This document shows positions 20,185 through 29,677 of a stretch of DNA of 64,000 bases, piece after piece. The position numbers and the translations under genes are program-made. Source of the DNA: an uncultured Acidobacteriota bacterium. GTDB taxonomy: Bacteria > Acidobacteriota > Vicinamibacteria > Fen-336. The stretch spans positions 736,001-800,000 of the forward strand of contig OY970399.1 in the NCBI GenBank assembly GCA_963720545.1, read 5' to 3'. The notes below the pieces were generated by a model. It was not told where the DNA came from, searched no databases, and was given only the letters and a program-made list of their open reading frames with translations. Positions within the stretch are counted from its first letter, which is position 1, and each line of letters begins with the position of its first letter.

Positions 20185-20200
20185 GCTACCGTCGTGCCAA
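20185..20200 (-). promoter_or_regulatory. putative sigma54 promoter
   Basis: Minus strand TTGGCACGACGGTAGC (GG-N10-GC), facing the ureohydrolase gene. Confidence 0.4.
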
Positions 20201-20224
20201 GCCAATGAGAGCCCAAAAGACCGC

Positions 20225-21133
20225 GTGAAGGTGATGGTGGTGCTGAACGCAGGCGCCGGAAACGCCACGTCGAGCGAGGACGACGAACGCGCGGCGCAGC
20301 GCGTGCGCGACGCGTTCGGCAAGGTCGGCGTCACCGCCGAGACCGCCTGCGTGCAGCCCGGGAAGCTCCAGGACGAAGTCAGGAAGGCGCTGCGAAGCAC
20401 ACTCGATGCCGTCGTGGTCGGCGGCGGCGACGGCACGCTGAACGCAGCCGCGCAGTGCCTGGTGGGCGCGACGCTGCCGCTCGGCATCCTGCCCATGGGC
20501 ACCCTCAACCACTTCGCCAGGGATGTCGGGCTGCCGCTTGGCCTCGACGAGGCTGTAGCGGTGATCGCCGCTGGCCACGTGAAAAGAGTGGACGTCGGCG
20601 AAGTGAACGGCTGCTACTTCCTCAACAACTCCTCGATCGGCCTCTACCCGGCCGCCGTTTCCGAACGCGAGGAGCTGCGCCACCGGCACCGCGGCGGCAA
20701 GTGGGTGGCGATGGCCCAGGCCGCCCTCGACGTGCTGCGGCGCTATCCGCTGCTCACGGCGGAAGTGACGATCGACGGCAAGGCCATGCGCCTGCGCACG
20801 CCGTTCATCTTCGTCGGCAACAATCCGTACGAGATGCGCCTCTTTTCACTGGGACGCCGCAAGAGCCTGGAGGCGGGCGAGCTGAGCGTGTACCTCTCGC
20901 GCGACTGCGGCCGGGCCGGCCTGCTGCGCCAGGCGCTGCGCGGGCTGTCGGGGCGCCTCGAACAGGATCGCGACTTTCGCTCGTATGCCGCGCGGCAACT
21001 GTCGATCGCGACCGGACGCCGCCGCATCCGCGTATCGGCGGATGGCGAGATCCTGTGGATGACGCCGCCGATCCGCTACGCCGTGCACCCGGGCGCTCTC
21101 CAGGTGATCGCACCACAGGCCACGCCCGCATGA
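20225..21133 (+). CDS. diacylglycerol/lipid kinase family protein (start uncertain)
   Basis: LNAGAG, GGGDGT, GILPMGTLNHFARD, FLNNSSIG, DGE. Confidence 0.88.
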   Translation: MKVMVVLNAGAGNATSSEDDERAAQRVRDAFGKVGVTAETACVQPGKLQDEVRKALRSTLDAVVVGGGDGTLNAAAQCLVGATLPLGILPMGTLNHFARDVGLPLGLDEAVAVIAAGHVKRVDVGEVNGCYFLNNSSIGLYPAAVSEREELRHRHRGGKWVAMAQAALDVLRRYPLLTAEVTIDGKAMRLRTPFIFVGNNPYEMRLFSLGRRKSLEAGELSVYLSRDCGRAGLLRQALRGLSGRLEQDRDFRSYAARQLSIATGRRRIRVSADGEILWMTPPIRYAVHPGALQVIAPQATPA

Positions 21134-21945
21134 TGAAACAGACCATCGCGCACATCTCCGACCTGCACTTCGGCGCGCTGACTCCGGGCATGGACGAGGC
21201 GCTCCTCCGTGACCTCGCGCAGGTGCAACCGGACGTGGTCACCGTGAGCGGCGACCTGACGCAGCGGGCGCGCGGCGGCCAGTTTCGCGACGCGCGCCGC
21301 TTCCTCGACGCGCTCAAGGCGCCGTGGCTCGCCGTGCCCGGCAATCACGACATCCCGTTGTTCGACGTGTTCCGCCGCTACCTGGCGCCGCTGCGCCGCT
21401 ACCGCCGGCACATCGATGCCGAGGTGGATCCGTTCCTGCGCCAGGCCGGGCTAGCGATCCTCGGCCTCAACACCGCTCGCGGCAGCAGCTGGAAGAACGG
21501 CTCGATCTCGGCGCAGCAGGTCGAGACGATTACAGCGCGCTTCAGCGGCCTGCCGTCGGGCGTCACCAAGGTGCTGGTGATCCACCACCCCGTTGTGGCG
21601 CGGGAAGGCGACCCGTCGCCGCCGATCGTCCACGGCGCGCTCGCGGCGCTGCGCGCCGCCGAGGCCCGCGGGCTCGACCTGATCCTTGCCGGCCACCTGC
21701 ACCACGGCTTCACCGGCGACATCCGCACGCATCACTCGTCCATCAAGCGTTCGATGCTCGTGGCGCAGGCCGGTACCGCGACCTCGCACCGCACGCGCGA
21801 CGAGCCCAACAGCTACAACCTGATACACATCGGTCCCGGTGCCATCGACTTCGAGCTGCGAGTCCACGACGAAACCCGGTCGTTTCATTCAGCCCGACGG
21901 ACGAGTTACGTCAAGGACGCCACAGGCAGCTGGCAACCGGCCTGA
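21130..21945 (+). CDS. calcineurin-like metallophosphoesterase
   Basis: HISDLHFG, SGDLTQR, VPGNHD, HHP, GHLH. ATGA overlap with the kinase gene. Confidence 0.9.
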   Translation: MMKQTIAHISDLHFGALTPGMDEALLRDLAQVQPDVVTVSGDLTQRARGGQFRDARRFLDALKAPWLAVPGNHDIPLFDVFRRYLAPLRRYRRHIDAEVDPFLRQAGLAILGLNTARGSSWKNGSISAQQVETITARFSGLPSGVTKVLVIHHPVVAREGDPSPPIVHGALAALRAAEARGLDLILAGHLHHGFTGDIRTHHSSIKRSMLVAQAGTATSHRTRDEPNSYNLIHIGPGAIDFELRVHDETRSFHSARRTSYVKDATGSWQPA

Positions 21946-21953
21946 ACGCGGCT

Positions 21954-21975
21954 GCACTGTGTCCGGACACAGTGC
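21954..21975. repeat. perfect 22-bp palindrome
   Basis: GCACTGTGTCCGGACACAGTGC. Confidence 0.9.
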
Positions 21976-22010
21976 GTTGGGGGCTGAACGGGGATCCCTC
22001 GGGGCCAGCA

Positions 22011-22115
22011 AACGACACGGCCCTCGGGAAAACGGCGTGGCCTGTGAACGACATGGGCCCCTCGGGAAAACGGGGTGGCCTGTGAACGACATGGGCCCCT
22101 CGGGAAACGGCGGGC
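22011..22115. repeat. ~38-bp tandem repeat, ~2.8 copies
   Basis: Units start at 22011, 22047 and 22085 (AACGACATGGGCCCCTCGGGAAAACGG..TGGCCTGTG); no unique spacers. Confidence 0.85.
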
Positions 22116-22140
22116 AGCCAGGCAACCGGCGTAGGCGCTG

Positions 22141-23100
22141 CTAGCGCAGTTGCAGCGTTTTCAGCGCGATGTCGGGACGGTCGGTGATGAGGCCGTCGAC
22201 TCCCATTGCGACGAGAGCAGTCATCTGCGCCGGGTCGTTTACCGTCCACGGCACCACCTTCAGCTGCAGGCCGTGGGCTTCGTCCACGAGCGCCTTGGTC
22301 AGGTTCTCCGCAGCCGGCGACCAGGTGCCACAGCCGGCTGCCTTGACGAGCCGCGGCACCGAGCCGCCGTAGTCGTCGACGTCTAGGCCGGCGGTCCACG
22401 GTGACGGCTTCTTCTTGCCGCGGATGTTGTTCTCGGCGGCGTTCTCGACGCTCAGGCACACCGTTTCGATCTCGGGCGCCTTCTCGCTGACGCGGCGCAG
22501 CGTGCGCCAGTCGAACGACTGGATGGTCGTGCGCTTCTCCATGTGGGCGCCGCGCACGGCCTCGATCACCGCGTCGGCGAATTCCTTCGGCCCGAGGGTC
22601 TCGATCGGCCGCGTCGGGTCGAGCTTGGTTTCGACGTTGAAGCGCACCGTCTCGTTCTTCCTGCGGCGCGCGAGGTCGTAGACGTCGCGCAGCGTCGGAA
22701 TGCGCACGTCGTCCTCGCCGCGCTGGTCGGGGAACCGCTTCGCGTACTCCGTCCCGGGCTGGATGCGCCCGACGTCGTAGCCGCGGAGGTCCTCGCGGTT
22801 CAGCGACACGATGCGCGGACCCGCGTACTCCAGCCACAGGCCGTGGTCATCGCGGGTGATGTCGGGGTTGAGGAGCGAGTCATGGCTCACCACCACCACC
22901 CCGTCGCGCGTCACCGCGAGGTCCATCTCGAGCGTATCGACGCCGAGCGCCATCGCCTTCTCGAACGCAGGCAGGGTGTTCTCGGGCGCCAGGCCGCGCG
23001 CGCCGCGATGCCCCTGCAGGTCGAAGGGCCGCGAGCCGCCCGCCAGGGAAAGCGAAGACGAGAGAAGCATCAGGGTCGCGAGTCCTCGGGGCCAAGCCAC
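22141..23100 (-). CDS. glycerophosphodiester phosphodiesterase
   Basis: Signal peptide, GHRGARGLAPENTL, LEMD, HD, NVETK, QSFD, WTVN, GLITDRPD. Confidence 0.92.
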   Translation of the reverse strand: MAWPRGLATLMLLSSSLSLAGGSRPFDLQGHRGARGLAPENTLPAFEKAMALGVDTLEMDLAVTRDGVVVVSHDSLLNPDITRDDHGLWLEYAGPRIVSLNREDLRGYDVGRIQPGTEYAKRFPDQRGEDDVRIPTLRDVYDLARRRKNETVRFNVETKLDPTRPIETLGPKEFADAVIEAVRGAHMEKRTTIQSFDWRTLRRVSEKAPEIETVCLSVENAAENNIRGKKKPSPWTAGLDVDDYGGSVPRLVKAAGCGTWSPAAENLTKALVDEAHGLQLKVVPWTVNDPAQMTALVAMGVDGLITDRPDIALKTLQLR

Positions 23101-23347
23101 CCCGGAAGACTAGCGCGCCCTAGCGGCTTGCGCCCAGCGCCGCCGCGGAGCGGGCGGCTGCGTGAACCGGCCAATCGCTGGTGCTGAGGACGGACAGTAG
23201 CGTTGCGACGGCATAGATCAAGAGACGGCGTGCCACCTCGAACCTCCCAGCGATTTGCGCGTGCCGAAGTCGAGGAAGTTACAAGACGCTGCCCCGGCCG
23301 CTGGTGATCGGCGACACGCGAGTGATTCGGCCCTTCGTCTCGAGGGG

Positions 23348-23746
23348 CTACGCCGCCCGTAGCAGTCCGACACCGGTGGCGAGCGTCGCGTAGACGAGTG
23401 CCAGCACGCCGGCGTAGAGCAGGACGCGCAGGGCCGGCACATGCGCAAGGCCGAAGAACCCCGCCGACACGAGAATTGGCGCCGCCAGCGCGGCGACCCG
23501 CACCGGAAACACGCTGCCGCCGACCTCGTCGAGCGCCAGCTGGATGAAGAGGCTGAGGATCGCGAGCACGCCGGCGTGGGCGTGGCCGGCGCGATAGAAC
23601 GCGACCTGTTCGGGAGTGAGCGCGCGCGGGCCGGGGGTGCCGTATGCGCCGCGCGAGACGACGTTCAGCAACGTGGTGCCGCCGAACACGATCGTCGGCA
23701 CGATCACGAGCGTGATACCGCACATGAGTCGGGCATCGGGTGTCAT
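23348..23746 (-). CDS. hypothetical 4-TM membrane protein
   Basis: Hydrophobic helices with an RAGHAHAGVL motif. Confidence 0.75.
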   Translation of the reverse strand: MTPDARLMCGITLVIVPTIVFGGTTLLNVVSRGAYGTPGPRALTPEQVAFYRAGHAHAGVLAILSLFIQLALDEVGGSVFPVRVAALAAPILVSAGFFGLAHVPALRVLLYAGVLALVYATLATGVGLLRAA

Positions 23747-23765
23747 ACCCCGAGGATAGCGCCGG

Positions 23766-25089
23766 CTATCGCAGGATGTCCGTCAGGACCTTGCCGCGGG
23801 CCCGCGGCAGCTCGACGCCCAACAAACGCGCCGCGGTCGGGGCGACATCGATGTTGTCGATCGTGTCCAGGTGACTGCCCGGCTTCACGCCAGCGCCCCA
23901 GGCGATGAAGATCGCCTGCATGCGCGGGTCGTCGCGCAGGTAGCCGTGGCTGCCCGCCATCGATTTGGCGGCACTGTTGTCGGCCGCGGCTTCGGTACTG
24001 TTGGAAAACGCATAGCCGGGCTTCGCCACCAGCACCAGGTCGGCCATGCCGGGATGGTCGGCCGGCTGCGGATAGCCGTGCGCCGCGAAGTCACCCGGCT
24101 CGAGGATCCTTTCGATGCCTTCGACGTCCTTCAGGGCATCGCGCAGCGCGGCCGCGGCGCCGGCCTTGTCGGCGCCCGCGGTGACGAACACCATCGCCGA
24201 GCCACCCTCGGAGACGCTCCAGCCGGTCTTGCCGAGCCCGCGCTGGGCGAGAGCGGCGTTGGGCCGGATCGAGCGGTCGAAGCCGGCGAACCCATGGTCG
24301 GACACGATGAAGAACGTGGTCGTGGCGAGCGCTCCCCCGCGGCGCGCCGCGGCCACCAGGCGGCCCACGTTCGCGTCGGCCAGGGCCAGCGCGGCGTTTG
24401 CCGCCACGTCGTCGGGGCCGTGCGCGTGCTGCACGCTGTCGGTCGTGAGCAGGTGCACGAGCAGCACGTTGGGCCGCTTCCTTTCCAGCAGGTACTCGCC
24501 CGCCCGCACCCACAACTCGTCGTCGAAGGTGATGGGCGCCTTGTCGAAGCGCGCCAGTTCGTCCTTCGAGATGCGGCCCGCGGCCAGCATTTCGGCGCTC
24601 AGCGCACCTGCAGGCTTCGGCCATTCGCCGAACGACCAGGTGATGGTGCTCGCACCCTCGATCGCGACCCAGTCGACTTCCGCGGTCGTCAGTCCCGCCG
24701 CGTGCGCCGCATCGTAGAGAGTGGTGCCGTGAACCAGCTGGCCCTTGGGAACGTGCGGCTCGATGGTGACCGGCGTTGCCGTCGCCGTGGCGCACCGGCC
24801 CGCCGTTATAAAGGACGCCGTGCTCCGCGGGACCCACTCCGGTGACGATCGACGTGTGGTTCGGCCAGGTGACGGTGGGGTTCACGGGCCGCATAGCCGA
24901 GGCGCTCGCGCCTTCGCGGATCAGGCGGCGCAGGTTCGGCAGAGCGTTGTCCGGATTGGCGAGCGCCGCGGCGGCGAAGCCGTCGAGGCTGATGATGACG
25001 ACGTGCCGGTTTCGTGAGGGACGCGCCGCACCGCTCCCGAGCGTGGCCGCGGCAATGAGCAAGGCGAGGGCAGCGCGCGTGATTCGCAT
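23766..25089 (-). pseudogene. alkaline phosphatase superfamily (nucleotide pyrophosphatase/phosphodiesterase) gene with one frameshift
   Basis: N-part ISLDG, PTVTWPNHTSIVTG in one frame; C-part DSVQH, VSDHG, GSHGY, DVAPT in another. The shift is near 24775. Confidence 0.8.
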
Positions 25090-25102
25090 GGAGACCAGCA
25101 AT

Positions 25103-26173
25103 CTATAACAGGCGGATCGAGTGGCTCTTCACGGCGACGTGCACCGGGCAGCCCGGCACCAGGTTCATGGCGGCCTCGGCGGCGGGCGTGATGCGCGCCA
25201 GCCACCCGGCTCCGCGTGGATCGTCATCGAGGCGGCAGCGGACCGTGACGTCGGCGCCGCTGCGCACGGTGTCGACGACCGTGGCCGCGAACAGGTTGCG
25301 AGCCGAAATGCCGCCTGGCGGCCCGCCGAGCAGCAGCACGTCCTCGGCACGGAACGCGGCCGTGACTCGCTCCCCCGCCACGCGGCCGTGTACCAGCGGC
25401 ACCGCCAGCGCCAGGCCGGAATCGAGGACGAGCCGCGTGACGCCGCCCGCCTCGTCCTGCGCCTCGATCGCGCCCTGGAAAATATTCTCGAGCGAGCCGG
25501 CCGACTCGCGCACCACGCTCGGCGCCGACAGCAGCGACTCCGGACGGCCGTGCGCGGCGACGCGGCCCGCCTCCAGCACCACCAGGTGCTCGGCGACCGC
25601 CAGCGCCTCGCCGACGTTGTGCGTGACATAGAGGCACGGCGTCTGCCACTCGTCGCGGATGCGGATGAGGTACGGCAACACGCGCTCGCGCAACGCGCTG
25701 TCGAGCGCCGCGAGCGGCTCGTCGAGCAGCAGCAGCCGCGGACGCGTCGCGAGCGCGCGAGCCAGCGCCACGCGCTGCTTTTCACCGCCCGACAGCGAGT
25801 GCGGATAACGGTGCTGCAGCGGGCCGATGCCGAGCGTGTCGATGGCGGTGGCCACTGCGTCCTGCGCCGCGCGCGCACCGAAGCGCACGTTCTCGCGGGC
25901 GGTGAGATGCGGAAAGAGGCCCGCGTCCTGCGGCACGTAGCCGACGCGGCGCTTCTCCGGCGGCAGGCGAACCGCGCGGTCGCTGTCGAGCCACGCCTCG
26001 CCGGCAAACGCGATGCGGCCCTGCGCGCGGCGCCGCAGGCCGGCGACCGACTCGAGGAGCGATGTCTTGCCGGACCCCGAGGAACCCATGAGCGCCGTCA
26101 CGCCGCCGCCGAGGCGCAGGTCCACGTCCAGCGCGAAGCGCGCGAGAGGCAGCGTCACGCGCACCTCGATCAT
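25103..26173 (-). CDS. modC: molybdate ABC transporter ATPase
   Basis: GSSGSGKT, LSGGEKQR, LLLDEP, VTH; C-terminal TOBE/Mop region. Confidence 0.9.
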   Translation of the reverse strand: MIEVRVTLPLARFALDVDLRLGGGVTALMGSSGSGKTSLLESVAGLRRRAQGRIAFAGEAWLDSDRAVRLPPEKRRVGYVPQDAGLFPHLTARENVRFGARAAQDAVATAIDTLGIGPLQHRYPHSLSGGEKQRVALARALATRPRLLLLDEPLAALDSALRERVLPYLIRIRDEWQTPCLYVTHNVGEALAVAEHLVVLEAGRVAAHGRPESLLSAPSVVRESAGSLENIFQGAIEAQDEAGGVTRLVLDSGLALAVPLVHGRVAGERVTAAFRAEDVLLLGGPPGGISARNLFAATVVDTVRSGADVTVRCRLDDDPRGAGWLARITPAAEAAMNLVPGCPVHVAVKSHSIRLL

Positions 26174-26850
26174 GCCGCGTGCTCGCGCCGCGAACGCCGC
26201 GCCGTCAGCCATTCGGTGGTCCAGAGCAGCAGGAACGCGAGCGCCACCGTGACCGCCGCGAGCATCATGGCGCGGTCGTCGTGGCCGACCTGGTCGGCCT
26301 GGAAGATGGCGAGCGCCAGCGTCTGCGTGCGGCCGGGAATGTTGCCGGCGAGCACGATGGTCGCGCCAAACTCGCCGAGCGCGCGCGCGAACGCCAGCAC
26401 CGCACCGGCCAGCAGGCCGCGCCAGGCGAGCGGCAGGGTGACACGCACGAAAGCGCCGGCCGGACCGGCGCCCAAGGTGCGCGCCAGCGCCGGCAGCCGA
26501 GGGTCGACGCTCTCGAACGCGGTGCGCGCCGAACGCACGAACAGCGGCAGCGACATGACGATTGCCGCCACCGCAACCGCACGCCACGTGAACACGACGC
26601 CCAGCCCATGCCGCTCGAGCAGGCCCCCGAAGGCCGTGCCTCGGGACAGCAGGTGAAGGAGCGCCACTCCCACCGCGGTCGGCGGCAGCACCAGCGGCAG
26701 GGCCAGGACGGTTTCGATGAGGCCGCGGCCGGGGCCGCGCCAACGCGACAGGGAGAATGCGATGGCGGTGCCGACCGGTGCGACGACCAGCGTGCTGAGC
26801 GCCGCGATCTTCAGCGTGAAGACGACGACCGCCCAGTCGGCCGCCGTCAC
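26170..26850 (-). CDS. modB: molybdate ABC transporter permease
   Basis: LPLVLPPTAVG, FARALGEFGAT, AGNIPGRTQT. Confidence 0.92.
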   Translation of the reverse strand: MTAADWAVVVFTLKIAALSTLVVAPVGTAIAFSLSRWRGPGRGLIETVLALPLVLPPTAVGVALLHLLSRGTAFGGLLERHGLGVVFTWRAVAVAAIVMSLPLFVRSARTAFESVDPRLPALARTLGAGPAGAFVRVTLPLAWRGLLAGAVLAFARALGEFGATIVLAGNIPGRTQTLALAIFQADQVGHDDRAMMLAAVTVALAFLLLWTTEWLTARRSRREHAA

Positions 26851-27593
26851 TTCCGCGCGGGCAGCACGATGAAGCCGCGGCGCGCGTAGATCTCGCGTGC
26901 GGCGGACGACGCGAAGAAAGCGAAGGCGCGCGCCGCCGAGGGCGACGGCGCCGCCGTCACCAGCGCCAGCGGATAGACGATCGACGGTCCTTCTTCCCGC
27001 GGCACCTCGAACGCCACCTGGACGCGCTGCGAAACCGCCGCGTCCGTCTTGTAGACGATGCCCGCGTCGGCGTTCTCCGACTCGACAGCCGCGAGCGCCG
27101 CGCGCACGTCGAGCACCGGAACGACGTGCGGCTGCGCTTCCTGCCAGGCGCCCCGCGACTCGAGCCACTGCTTCGCGTAGACGCCGGCTGGCACCGCGGC
27201 AGGATCGGCGAGCGCGAGCCGCGCGACCTTAGCGACCTCCGCGGCGTTCGCCGGCCTGGTTGCGGCGTTCGCGGGCACGATCACTACGAGCTGGTTGGAG
27301 AGCAGCGCGACCACGTCCGCGGCGCGCACCACGTTCGCCGCGACCAGCCCCTCCACCTGGGCAGCATCGGCCGAGAAGAACAGGTCGGCCGGCGCGCCCG
27401 CCTTCAGTTGCTTCGCGAGCGCGCTCGACGGGCCAAAGCTCGCCGTGACCTTGTCGCCCGATTGCGCTTCGTAGGCCGCAGCCACGTCCTTGACGGCTTC
27501 GGACAGGCTGGCCGCCGCGTAGATCGTGACTTCTGCCGCGGCGGCGCCGCGCGGGAGGAGTGCGGCGAGTGCCAGGGCCGCCGTGAGCCACAT
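26847..27593 (-). CDS. modA: molybdate ABC transporter substrate-binding protein
   Basis: AAASL, SSALAKQL..GAPADLFFSA, VPAGVYA, GIVYKTD. Confidence 0.92.
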   Translation of the reverse strand: MWLTAALALAALLPRGAAAAEVTIYAAASLSEAVKDVAAAYEAQSGDKVTASFGPSSALAKQLKAGAPADLFFSADAAQVEGLVAANVVRAADVVALLSNQLVVIVPANAATRPANAAEVAKVARLALADPAAVPAGVYAKQWLESRGAWQEAQPHVVPVLDVRAALAAVESENADAGIVYKTDAAVSQRVQVAFEVPREEGPSIVYPLALVTAAPSPSAARAFAFFASSAAREIYARRGFIVLPARK

Positions 27594-27671
27594 GCGTTGC
27601 GAATTTCATCACGCCATGCTACCCCGCCGGTTTGACGCAGCCGCGACCCGCCCTTTACCCTTGCCACCCGA

Positions 27672-28568
27672 ATGTCCCTCACGCTCGTCGTCATGGCCGC
27701 AGGAATGGGCTCGCGCTACGGCGGCTTGAAACAGGTCGAGCCGGTCGGCCCGAAGGGCGAGACCCTTCTCGACTACTCGCTCTTCGACGCGCGCCTCGCC
27801 GGCTTCAAGCGCGTGGTGTTCGTGATCCGCAAGGACATCGCCGAGGCGTTCCGCCCGGTGGCAGCACCTTACGCATCGCGCATGTCGGTGAGCTTCGCCT
27901 ACCAGGAGCGCGACGTCGCCACCGGCAGCTTCGCGATACCCGCCGACCGCACCAGGCCATGGGGCACGGGGCACGCGGTGCTCGCGGCCGAGAGCGCCGT
28001 CGAGGGACCGTTCGGCGTGATCAACGCCGACGACTTCTACGGCGCCGACGCATTCCGCGCGCTGGCCGCGTTCCTGCCGAAGCAGCAGCCGACGGACGGC
28101 CTCGACGACTACGCGATGGTGGCCTATCGGCTCGGCGCAACGCTCTCGCCAAATGGCACCGTGGCGCGCGGCGTGTGCCGCGCAACCAACGGGCTGCTCG
28201 AGGGTGTCGAGGAGGTCACCGGCATCGGCATCGGTCCCGACGGCATTGCGGCGCCCGGCGGGCGGCGCTTCACCGGCGACGAGCCAGTGTCGCTCAACGT
28301 CTGGGGGTTCGGCCCCACCATCTTCCCGAGGCTGCGCGCGCAGTTCAGCGAGTTCCTCGCGACGCACGGCACCGACCTGAAATCGGAGTTCTTCCTGCCG
28401 TCGGCGGTCACGAGCCTCATCGACCACAAGATCGCGCGCGTCCACGTGCTCCCGAGCGAGGGCGAGTGGTTCGGCGTGACTTATAAGGAAGACCGCGAGG
28501 TGGTCGCGGGCAACATCGCCGCACTCGTGGAATCGGGCTATTACCCGACCCCGCTGTGGCCGCGCTGA
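27672..28568 (+). CDS. sugar-phosphate nucleotidyltransferase
   Basis: MAAGMGSRYGGLKQ, PWGTGHAV, INADDFYG, EFFLP, WFGVTY. Confidence 0.88.
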   Translation: MSLTLVVMAAGMGSRYGGLKQVEPVGPKGETLLDYSLFDARLAGFKRVVFVIRKDIAEAFRPVAAPYASRMSVSFAYQERDVATGSFAIPADRTRPWGTGHAVLAAESAVEGPFGVINADDFYGADAFRALAAFLPKQQPTDGLDDYAMVAYRLGATLSPNGTVARGVCRATNGLLEGVEEVTGIGIGPDGIAAPGGRRFTGDEPVSLNVWGFGPTIFPRLRAQFSEFLATHGTDLKSEFFLPSAVTSLIDHKIARVHVLPSEGEWFGVTYKEDREVVAGNIAALVESGYYPTPLWPR

Positions 28569-29677
28569 GCGGCGACTTCGACCTCGCGGCGATCGGCGCC
28601 CGGTTCGCCATCGACGGCGTCTTCGAGGCGGCCGAGCCGTACGGCAGCGGGCACATCAACGACACGTTCGCGGCAACCTGGCGCGAGCACGCGGCGCGCC
28701 GCCGCTACATCCACCAGCGCATCAACCACGAGGTGTTCCGGGACCCGCCGGCGTTGATGGCGAACATCGATGCCGCCACGCGCCACGTGCGCGACCGGCT
28801 CGAGGCCGAAGGCCAGGACGACATCGACCGGCGCGTGCTGCGGCTGGTTCCGGGAAGGGACGGCGCAACCTTCGTGCAAACGGCGGACGGCTCGTTTTGG
28901 CGCACGTACCTCTTCATCGAGGGTGCTCGCTGCCACGATCTCGCGGAGACGGCGGCGGTCGCCTTCGAGGCGGCGCACGCGTTCGGCGCGTTCACGGCGG
29001 CGCTCGACGACTACTCCGGCCCGGAGCTGCGGGCGACGATCCCACACTTCCACGACACCACGCGGCGCTACGGCGTGTTCGAGGCGGCGGTGGTGGCCGA
29101 CCGCGCTCGGCGCGCCGACGCAGTGCGCGCGGAGATCGCGTTCGCCCGCTCGCAAGGGGCACTCGCCGACGGCCTGCTGAGCCTGCAGCGCAAGGGCGCC
29201 GCCCGGCTGCGCATCACGCACAACGACACCAAGGTCAACAACGTGCTCATCGACGAGCGCACCGGCAAGGCAGTGTGCGTGATCGACCTCGACACGGTGA
29301 TGCCGGGCCTCGCGCTCTTCGACTTTGGCGACCTGGTGCGCACCGCGGCCGCCACCGCGGCCGAGGACGAGACCGACCTGGAGAAGGTCGGCATCGACGC
29401 GGACCTGTTCCGCGCCATAGTGAGCGGCTATCTCGCCACCGCCGGCCCCGCCCTGAGCGAAGTCGAGAAGGACAACCTGGTGCTGGGCGCGCAGGTGATG
29501 ACCTACCAGCAAGGCCTGCGCTTCCTCACCGACCACCTCGACGGCGACCGCTACTTCAAGGTGCACCGCGACGGCCACAACCTCGACCGCGCACGCGCGC
29601 AGTTCGCGCTGCTGCGCCGGCTGCTGGCCGAGGAGGACGGCCTGCGCAGGATCGCGGCCCGCGAGCGCACCGCGTGA
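28556..29677 (+). CDS. APH-fold sugar kinase (N-acetylhexosamine 1-kinase-like)
   Basis: GSGHINDT, QRIN, HNDTKVNN, IDLDTVMPG, DFGD, RFLTDHLDGDRYFK. Confidence 0.85.
   Translation: MAALSGDFDLAAIGARFAIDGVFEAAEPYGSGHINDTFAATWREHAARRRYIHQRINHEVFRDPPALMANIDAATRHVRDRLEAEGQDDIDRRVLRLVPGRDGATFVQTADGSFWRTYLFIEGARCHDLAETAAVAFEAAHAFGAFTAALDDYSGPELRATIPHFHDTTRRYGVFEAAVVADRARRADAVRAEIAFARSQGALADGLLSLQRKGAARLRITHNDTKVNNVLIDERTGKAVCVIDLDTVMPGLALFDFGDLVRTAAATAAEDETDLEKVGIDADLFRAIVSGYLATAGPALSEVEKDNLVLGAQVMTYQQGLRFLTDHLDGDRYFKVHRDGHNLDRARAQFALLRRLLAEEDGLRRIAARERTA

Noticed and set aside
22011..22115. Possible CRISPR array
   Set aside because: The units are contiguous near-identical tandem copies with no unique spacers, and there are no cas genes in the window.
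28897..29673. Long N-terminal extension on the SSS ORF (similarly for modB, modC and the phosphoesterase)
   Set aside because: Off-frame overlap with the upstream gene; coupled GTGA/ATGA starts explain the true boundaries.
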